The notes beneath the pieces were generated by a model. That model did not search any database. It saw nothing but the letters and a program-made list of their open reading frames with translations, and had not been told where the DNA came from. Position numbers and translations under genes: made by a program. A DNA stretch of 64,000 nt, taken from assembly GCF_022045235.1 (NCBI RefSeq), contig NW_027266264.1, positions 68,138,001 through 68,202,000 on the forward strand, given 5' to 3'. Each line of letters begins with the position of its first letter. Positions within the stretch are counted from its first letter, which is position 1. Source of the stretch: Haliotis cracherodii (taxonomy: Eukaryota). Of the stretch, positions 1 through 9,300 are shown one piece after another.

Positions 1-36
1 TTCTTTATATTTTTCATATTCATCACTACTATTCCC

Positions 37-159
37 TTTCGCCGAAGACCCGGGTTCGATTCCCGACATGGGTACAATGTGTGAAGGCCATTTCTGGTCT
101 CCCCCGCCGTGATATTGCTGGAATATTGCTAAAAGCGGCGTAAAACCATACTCACTCAC
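37..159 (+). mobile_element. SINE family 1 (tRNA-Asp-like head), 5'-truncated
   Basis: B box GGTTCGATTCC, (CACT)n tail, TSD TCACTACTATTCCC at 23-36 and 160-173. Confidence 0.9.
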
Positions 160-830
160 TCACTACTATTCCCAGGCATTTTTGGTTTAAACCTATATAC
201 GGTAGTTTTATGTTGCCGACATGCATATGCTGTAGTATCATTTGTCAAACCTGTTTAACTTTAAATGCCTTTGTCTTAAACAAAGATGAAATGCACAAAT
301 ACAGCATATACATGTAATGCATTAAATTATATGCATTTAGAAAGTCGCAACTCGCATCTTGTTTGCATTCACTAAATTTCAAACACAAGTGTATATATTT
401 TATTTCATCAGGCCAGCAGATCAACTAGCTCCAAGTAGTATACAAGTCTTGGAACAGAAACTCAGACAGCCGGGTTGTCCACATTTAATGGACATGTGGG
501 ACCCACTAAGTGGTATTCAGGAAAGAATTCTCATCTGAATAATCCAAATGTGGTGATCAGTTTTCAGCAATATGAACAAAATATTGTCGTACGTCCGAAT
601 ATTCCGGTGCTAATATTCTCTTACCATATTCCAAAGAACATTATTATACCAAATACATTTCTAATATACTTGTTGAAATAAAACATTTAGAGTATTTTAC
701 TTTTTTGTATAAACAATTTTTCCATAATGTGCCTGTTGACCAAATGCCTATGACTCTGTCCAGGGGATGCTTTGAATATTGTCTGTCGTGTTCATTGTAT
801 TCCAAAGAAGGTAATTGTATTTTAAGATTA

Positions 831-1070
831 GAAGATCCGGTTTAGAATTGGTCTTCAGCAACCCACATTTGTCGTAAGAGGCGGCTAATAGGAACGGGTG
901 GTGAGGTTCGCTGACTTCGTTGATCTATGTCATCGTATTCAAATTACCAAGACCGATGTTCATGATGTCAGTCATTGGATTGTCTGGTTCAGACTCGATT
1001 ATTTACAGACCGCCGCCATACAGCTGTAATATAGCCAAGTGCGGCGTTAAGCAACAAACAAACAAAACAA
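831..1070 (+). mobile_element. Short retroposon family 3 (no tRNA head seen, structured 5' end)
   Basis: At least 7 copies in the window; tail gcggcgttaa..(CAAA)n. Confidence 0.85.
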
Positions 1071-1935
1071 GTAGCTTAGTGTATTAGTTTACTACCGGGT
1101 GTTACCCCTTTGTCTTAGTTAACACTAGGTAATTCTATGCAATTTGCTTATAGATAGTCACAGAATGCTGTTTGGTTGCACATTTGTCAGTAGATGTTAT
1201 GCTTAGAGCAGGGCCATCATATGTGTCCCTCCGCCGCATTATAGTTTGCCCATTATTATCAGTTCAATATATACTTTTGTTACCATTTCTGCTGACTTAC
1301 AGCATGTTTCACCATGTTTCAATGATATCTCCAGGTGTACATCTTACAGCTCCTGCTGGTTTACCTCTTATACGCATAATTACATTGTTGTGTTTACACT
1401 GCCATCTTGTTAACGATATGCCCTCCGTGTATATATAGTGTTATTTATTACAGTACACGTGCGAAAGGTGTTAACCAAATGGTGACGATATGAACTTGTT
1501 TGTTATTTGTTTCATTTTAGTTCATTGTGCAATGCTTTATAGGTCGAATTACTCAGTATTACTAACTATATCAGTGTATTATCATGCTAAAGGTATCTGA
1601 TTTTATGTACAGCTCACGTCTATAGTTTTTTTAATTATGATACTTCTATACCTTTTCCCGAATAAAACAATTTTACAGAGCTTGAGTTTATTCCATATGG
1701 ACAAAAAGGATGATATTGTGATTGTACACGGATGTGTTGTAGGACTAAATGTGAAACGTAAAGTGGGTTAGCTTATATTATTTGCTCACACTGTATGGGC
1801 AGTGACTATTCCTTTGGTTTTTGCAACATCCGATAGCAGCAAGGTCGGAAAAACACATGAAGCTTATAAACAAAACAAAGCACTGAAATGACACAAAAAT
1901 GACTATCTCAATAAGGGTTAACATGGACGAATTGT

Positions 1936-2101
1936 GAGGTGAGGTGAAATGGGGTTTAACGTCGCGTCCAAGACTATTGCACTTATGTAGCGACATGCAT
2001 GCACGTGTGTGTGTGGCTGCTTGTACTAGTCCGGACCTAGTCCGGACTGATGCCAATTTATAGTTTAACATGAATACCCCACTCAGACACAGTATACTGA
2101 C
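1936..2101 (-). mobile_element. SINE family 2, 3' part (seeds the higher-order repeat)
   Basis: Reverse complement of 55575-55769. Confidence 0.85.
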
Positions 2102-3935
2102 TACTGATAACCTTACACTCTGACACTGCATGGCTACGGTGGACCAATATAACCTCACACTCTGACACTGTATGACCATGGTGAACCAACATAACCTCAC
2201 ACTCTGACATTGCATGACCACGGTGGACCAACATAACCTCACACTCCGACACTGTATGGCCACGGTGGACCAACATAACCTCACACTCTGACATTGCATG
2301 ACCACGGTGGACCAACATAACCTCAAACTCCGACACTGTATGGCCACGGTGGACCAACATAACTTCACACTCTGACACTGTATGACCATGGTGAACCAAC
2401 ATAACCTCACACTCTGACATTGCATGACCACGGTGGACCAACATAACCTCACACTCCGACACTGTATGGCCACGGTGGACCAACATAACCTCACACTCTG
2501 ACATTGCATGACCACGGTGGACCAACATAACCTCACACTCCGACACTGCATGGCCATGGTGGACCAACATAACCTTACAGTCTGACACTGCATGACCACG
2601 GTGGACCAACATAACCTCACACTCCGACACTGTATAACCATGGTGGACCAACATAACCTCACACTCTGACACTGCATGAACTTATATAGCGACGTGCATG
2701 CACGTGTGTGTGTGACTGATTGTACTAGTCCGGACTAGTCCAGACTGATGCCAATTTATAGTTTAACATGAATACCCCACTCAGACACAGTATACTGACT
2801 ACTGATAACCTCACACTCTGACACTGCATGGCCACGGTGGACCAACATAACCTCACACTCCGACACTGTATGACCATGGTGGACCAACATAACCTCATAC
2901 TCCGACACTGCATGGCCACGGTGGACCAACATAACCTCACACTCCGACACTGTATGGCCACGGTGGACCAACATAACCCCATACTCCGACACTGCATGGC
3001 CACGGTGGACCAACATAACCTCACACTCCGACACTGTATGGCCACGGTGGACCAACATAACCTCACACTCCGACACTGTATGACTACGATGGACCAATAT
3101 GACCTCACACTCCGACACTGTATGACTACGAAGGACCAACATAACCTCACACTCCGACACTGTATGACTACGATGGACCAATATGACCTCACACTCCGAC
3201 ACTGTATGGCCACGGTGGACCAACATAACCTCACACTCTGACACTGTATGACCACGGTGGACCAACATAACCTCACACTCTGACACTGTATGGCCATGGT
3301 GGACCAACATAACCTTACAGTCTGACACTGCATGAACTTATATAGCGACGTGCATGCACGTGTGTGTGTGACTGATTGTACTAGTCCGGACTAGTCCAGA
3401 CTGATGACAATTTATAGTTTAACATGAATACCCCACTCAGACACAGTATACTGACTACTGATAACCTTACACTCTGACACTGCATGGCCACGGTGGACCA
3501 ACATAACCTCACACTCCGACACTGTATGACCATGGTGGACCAACATAACCGCATACTCCGACACTGCATGGCCACGGTGGACCAACATAACCTCACACTC
3601 CGACACTGTATGGCCACGGTGGACCAACATAACCCCATACTCCGACACTGCATGGCCACGGTGGATCAACATAACCTCACACTCCGACATTGTATGACTA
3701 TGGTGGACCAACATAACCTCATACTCCGACACTGCATGGCCACGATGGACCAACATAACCTCACACTCCGACACTGTATGACTACGAAGGACCAATATGA
3801 CCTCACACTCCGACACTGTATGACTACGATGGACCAATATGACCTCACACTCCGACACTGTATGACTACGAAGGACCAACATAACCTCACACTCCGACAC
3901 TGTATGACTACGATGGACCAATATGACCTCACACT
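1981..3935. repeat. Higher-order repeat: 3 x (SINE2 fragment + ~11-14 x 42-bp unit)
   Basis: Unit GGACCAACATAACCTCACACTCCGACACTGTATGGCCACGGT; higher-order starts at 1981, 2680 and 3336. Confidence 0.95.
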
Positions 3936-5601
3936 ACTCCTTTAACCACTGAATGCCCTCCATAGACCATGCCCCCTCCTAACAAACCCTGAGTTATAGC
4001 TTTATATATATTATATTGACTGAGATAAAGCGTTGGGAAAGCCTGAAAGAAGAATATGCGATTTATACTTGAGGACAGGTCAAAGGCATATAGGTGCGGG
4101 GTGAAAGATTCATTACGTTTCTTGTCAAACAAGCTACAGGTGACAAGTTGAACGCGGATTTCTGTTTTCGGCTGTGAAAATGTGAATATAAACAGAAATG
4201 AGTAACATCGATTTCTTTTAGATGTGTTCTGTAGACCAAGAAGAAAACACACTCCTCAAGTGAAATTTTGCAGTTTTCTCTTCGTTTCCGGAAAGTATCG
4301 ATTGTGAAATTCTCGGTCCAGTCGCTCGTAATTGCTAATGATGAAAAATACCAGATATACGCATTCTAGGTACAATTATTTTTTATCGGAGAAAGTTATG
4401 AAAGAATAATTACAGATCATGTGAATGTTGTAAATGGAATATAACAATAAAGCAAAAATACATAGATCTATGAATTAACAACAAAAGCAACAAAACCCTT
4501 TCCATTACCACAAGAAATATCTGCTGAAGGCAGAGTCCATTTAACGATTTGGCCTGTGTAATGGGCATACGTTTATGAATCACTAACAAATAGAAATGAT
4601 GCCAGGTGTTCGCGGAAAGGTGTCTCTCTCCAATGACACTAGGCGTTTGCGACAAGGGTAATCATGTCGGTAGTAGAAACATTCAGGTACCTTGGCAGCC
4701 TTTCATCAGAAGAAACTGCCAGCCTAGCAAGGGCTTGAATTTCAGGATCGTCACCCTTGTGACAAAACTGAATCCCGGTCGAACCAAACGGGGTTTCACA
4801 TTTCCTTGGAAATTAACTATCCGACATACTAGGATTCGAACCTGTCGAACCCGCGAAAAGAGCATGCCTGTCCTGCTCTACAGGTAGTAAGCATCACACA
4901 TACAATTTTCATTAAGAACAAGAGTTTGTCAAATGCCTAAACCCTCACCCAGCAATGCTCCTTACATATCGCCTGTAAACAATTGCGTCTGGACCGGACA
5001 ATCCAGTGATCAGCATCATGAGCAATGATCCACGCCGTTGTGGTACGACGCCACACTGTCAACCAAGGACACCAAGGATGACCACCAGATTAATAAAAGT
5101 TAGCGCCCGTGAGTAAGCTGGGTGTGAAAACTCCCTAGAAAGGTCATAGTATGGGATAACACCGCACAATCAAAGTGTCGTATTTGGTACATGCCTCTGA
5201 ATGCACCATACCATCTCTGGAATGAATTGACCTGGTCTTTGCTGTGAAATACGGATCGAAAAGCTTAGTTTCGACATGAAAGGGAAACTCACGATGTGAA
5301 ACGCTTTTCCAAACATGTTAACACCTTTAGCGTTAATTGACAATCAGTTCACTTGTGTAGCATTTAGGTAGCCTGATAGCGCCATAAACAAAACACTGGA
5401 CGTATATACAACAATTATGATACAAATAATGTCTACACTAATACAATCTGAGCAGTAATATCAAAATATAAACAGAAAATTAGAAAACATGGAAAGGCAT
5501 AATATCTTCGGACAGTAATACTGTATGAACTCTACAACCCTACAAGTAGATATCTTGCATTCCCTGGTACAGGGTTATTATCGGGGGAAGTAAATGTTAG
5601 A

Positions 5602-5870
5602 GTGAGTTAGTTGGGTTTAACGCCGCTTTTAACAATATTCAAGTAATATCGCGGCGTGTCAGCTTAGTGTGGGAGGAAAGCCCGAAGTGATGCAGGTCTC
5701 AGACGTTTACCACTTCGGTGAAACCCACGAGCGCGGGTATGGTGCTGACAAACCTTGAAACATAATCGGGGCGAACCGGGATTCGAACCCACAATCATAG
5801 GTTTCCCCAAGGGACGCAACTCTGCACAGCGAAACGCGGCGCCTTAGACGACTGGGCCACCCGTATCCCC
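5602..5870 (-). mobile_element. SINE family 4 (tRNA-Leu/Ser-like head), full length, downstream of the gene A stop
   Basis: A box TGGCCCAGTCGTCTAAGG, B box GGTTCGAATCC, TSD AGTAAATGTTAGA at 5589-5601 and 5871-5883. Confidence 0.9.
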
Positions 5871-6331
5871 AGTAAATGTTAGAATGATTTAATGATCAGT
5901 AAGATCCATCATAATGAAGGCGTAGAATTCTGTCAATTCTCTGAACTCTAGCCATCTCACACGACAGTCAACGTCTTTTAAAAAGAGAAACACATCAACA
6001 AATGGCTCTGTTCGCAACTTGAACCATGGGCATGAGACTTCGAATGTCACAACTATCTCTCCGAAGATCATCGCTATGGTACATTCGTTTCACGTGTCAC
6101 AAGTGGGGTGTACGGTATTTACGAGCTGAAAGTTTCTGTACGCCGCTTGACCCCTTGCCTTGTGGTACACAGGACCATTGACCTCGTAGCATCCCGTACA
6201 CTCCTCTTCGGATTTCAATCTGTTGAATCGCAATATCACGTAGTAATGTTGGGCGATAAACCAGTAGCTTCTCTCGGCCAAACCATATGATCGAACTAAG
6301 ACGCGCAACTTGCTGGAGAAATATTATCCAT

Positions 6332-6374
6332 CTAAGGATCTACATCATTCTTTCCGTCATACAGATCAGAGTAC
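6332..6374 (-). CDS. Gene A terminal coding exon (YSDLYDGKNDVDP*)
   Basis: Strong acceptor TGTGTTTTTCAG; the TAG position is conserved in gene B. Confidence 0.8.
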
Positions 6375-9300
6375 CTGAAAAACACAACATTGCAATTTAT
6401 CAACGCCTGATAATCATTGATCTCTAGTAGCGGCATATAATTCAGGTCGCCTTCGGTTAACCATGTCTGGCTATGAATCCTGACTTGGATGTGTTCTTTT
6501 GAGTGTATGAGGGTATCTGTAACGGCTGATAACTCAGGTCGCCTTCGTGGTTAACCATATCTGGCTATGTACCCTGACACGGGCGTGTTCATTTGATTAT
6601 ATACGTGTTTAATCAATGGTGGGTGGGTGAGTGAGTGAGTGATTGAGTGAGTGAGTGAGTGAGTGAGGGAGGTTTTCCGCCGTTTTGAACAAAACTATGT
6701 CAAGGAGTCTGAGCTTAACAGGTAATGAACGCCCAAAGTGTCGCTGGTTCAATACGTCTACTTATTTAGGCAAACCCACGGACAAGGGTATGGTGCTGAC
6801 AAAACAAGAATTATTATAGTGCGAATTTCAGTGTTCGAAGCTACGACAAAGACAACATGGCATTCCTAAGGGACGCAACTCTACACTGCTCACTGCAGCA
6901 CATGTCCCTTTGTAGTTTGTGTGTGTGTTGAGAGGCGCTCTTCCTTGTGACTATAGACGCTGGTTATCTATACTCACTACAGTCAGGGTATGTACAGACG
7001 CTCTATTCTGGGTATCTATACCCACTACAGTCAGGGTATGTACAGACGCTCTATTCTGGGTATCAGTACCCACTACAGTCAGGGCATGTACAGACGCTCT
7101 ATTCTGGGTATCTATACCCACTACAGTCAGGGTATGTACAGACGCTCTATTCTGGGTATCTATACCCACTACAGTCAGGGTATGTACAGACGCTCTATTC
7201 TGGGTATCCATACTCACTCTATTTTGGTCACCTCTTGGAACTTGCACTTCTGAATATCATCGTCCGGATCTAGATACGCCACATCGAGTTCAGTCTTGTA
7301 AACTGAAACAAGTTATATCACACAAACGTTTGTACTTATCTTAAAATTATTCGTACGACGGATGTGCACGCGTATGGAGGTAATAGTCCATAGTTCGTCT
7401 CACTGCCTATTTGAGAAGATTTAGAGGAATTTTGTGAAGGATGTAAACCTACAACTTACGAACATTTTAAGGACGTTCGCCTGTCTATTTCAAGAGTATT
7501 TGACCTTTCCAATGAAAGGTTTTCCAAAGCCTTTATCATTTTAACTAACTGCATTTTTTTTGCACTTTGAAGCATTTGCTTATGCTCATATTCCCCCTTT
7601 ACTATAAATTTTATTACAGATTGATTGAATAATCATTCGCAGTGTTTAGAGTTTCGCATTTAGATATAATAAATGGTATATAATTTTAAACAATATTTTA
7701 ATCACACATGGAACAATCGTTTATATAAATATATAGCTCCATAGCACATATTTCCTAGTCTGATACTTTGCTTTGCCAATCTTAACAACGTGCGCATTTA
7801 CGGAATTCCCTTGACCAATTCCATTCCATTTACTTTGCAGAGTCAAACGCGACTTGTAGTAAAACGAGGATTTATAATCAGTGGATTTTGATTGATATAT
7901 AATTCCTACCTTTGACGAACTAACATTAAACCTAAGACTCCTGGCGTCCACGCCTCATGTATTTGTGTACGGTGGCAATGGTGGGGCAGGACATACTGAC
8001 CTTTTCGCGAACACCTGTTATCATCACTATGTAATAGGGATTCATAAACACATGCTATGACACGGTCTAAATCGTACACTGGACTCAAATTGGCTACACT
8101 TTTCCCTTGTGTTAAGAAACTGTGCCTACTGCTTAAGAATGACATTTCACCAGGTATCATCACTATTTGTTAGTGATTAATAAACACAGTTTGAGTTGCG
8201 CAGTGATTACATGGTGGTAAGAGCAGACATCCTTAAAGATTCTAGAAAAATCATGGCAAGTGAAACAAGAAATGGATTTCACACAACCGCGGACTTCGGC
8301 GTGACAACAATATCCTTTCCATAATAATATAAGAAATGTTTGCTAAAAGCAGAGTCCATAGTACGATTCCGACTACTAGTGTATCATAAGCATGTGTTTA
8401 TGCAATCACAATCAAATAGTTATGATACCAGGTGTTCGAATAAAAGTGAGCGTATCTTGCCCCACCGGTGGCACCCCTCACAAACGCGTTGTTGAATCAC
8501 AATATGGTTAAAACTATGTACTTTTGTAGGCTCCCTCTTCCTTCTTCCTGGACATGGCGATGAAGGCGAGGACGAGGAGAACCAGTAGCACCACGAACAG
8601 GACCACCAGGATGATAACCCATGAAGGGAAGGCCGCCGGTGCTACTACAATCGGTGCTGCAATGATAACACGAATTGACACATACAGGTACATTTAGGGT
8701 AATACAGTGACTGCTGATGTAGACACCATGTAAGTCTATGAGGTTGGTGGATTGACGATGTCAAATGTAACATCGTATGACAACTCTGATGCTCTGGAAC
8801 TATGAAATAGTTTCAGATACATAAAAAACACATTGGCAGGAAAAATGTATATGTCCATATCTGAATAGCCCGAATATCAAAAATACAGTTTCGCGTTAGC
8901 AACATGGCATTCGTATTAAATGGATGCATCTGCAACTTGCATATGTTATATTATTCTATACAACATTGACACGTGTTTCAAAATATGATACTCATATGTA
9001 AATCTATGTCTATGAAGCCTAAAGAATAGTTTATTTATAGTCACTTTCCTTCTTTAAGAACTTCCAAAAGAAGCGTTATCGAACATATTTGAAACCTTCA
9101 AACTTATAAAAGGGAGCCTGTCTGGAGACCCAAAACTACCCCAAAACGCACAGTAATCAACAGGCCTCGGGGAACACATCCAGTGGTTGAGTGAGTAGCC
9201 TATAGGTAGCTTTTAGCAATATTCCAGCCAATTCAAGACGTACGGCCAAACCGCCTGGACGCCACATGTACACATGTTGGGAAGTGAACTCGACCTCAAA

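Noticed and set aside
2108-3935. CRISPR-like array
   Set aside because: The units are head-to-tail with no unique spacers, there are no cas genes, and the context is eukaryotic.
1778-3945. Long Cys/His-rich ORFs on both strands (up to 299 aa)
   Set aside because: They are by-products of a stop-free 42-bp repeat and run into SINE sequence, with no splice or promoter support.
6108-6290. Plus-strand ORF similar to 30327-30563
   Set aside because: It is the antisense shadow of the duplicated terminal exon region, and its start and end are not conserved.
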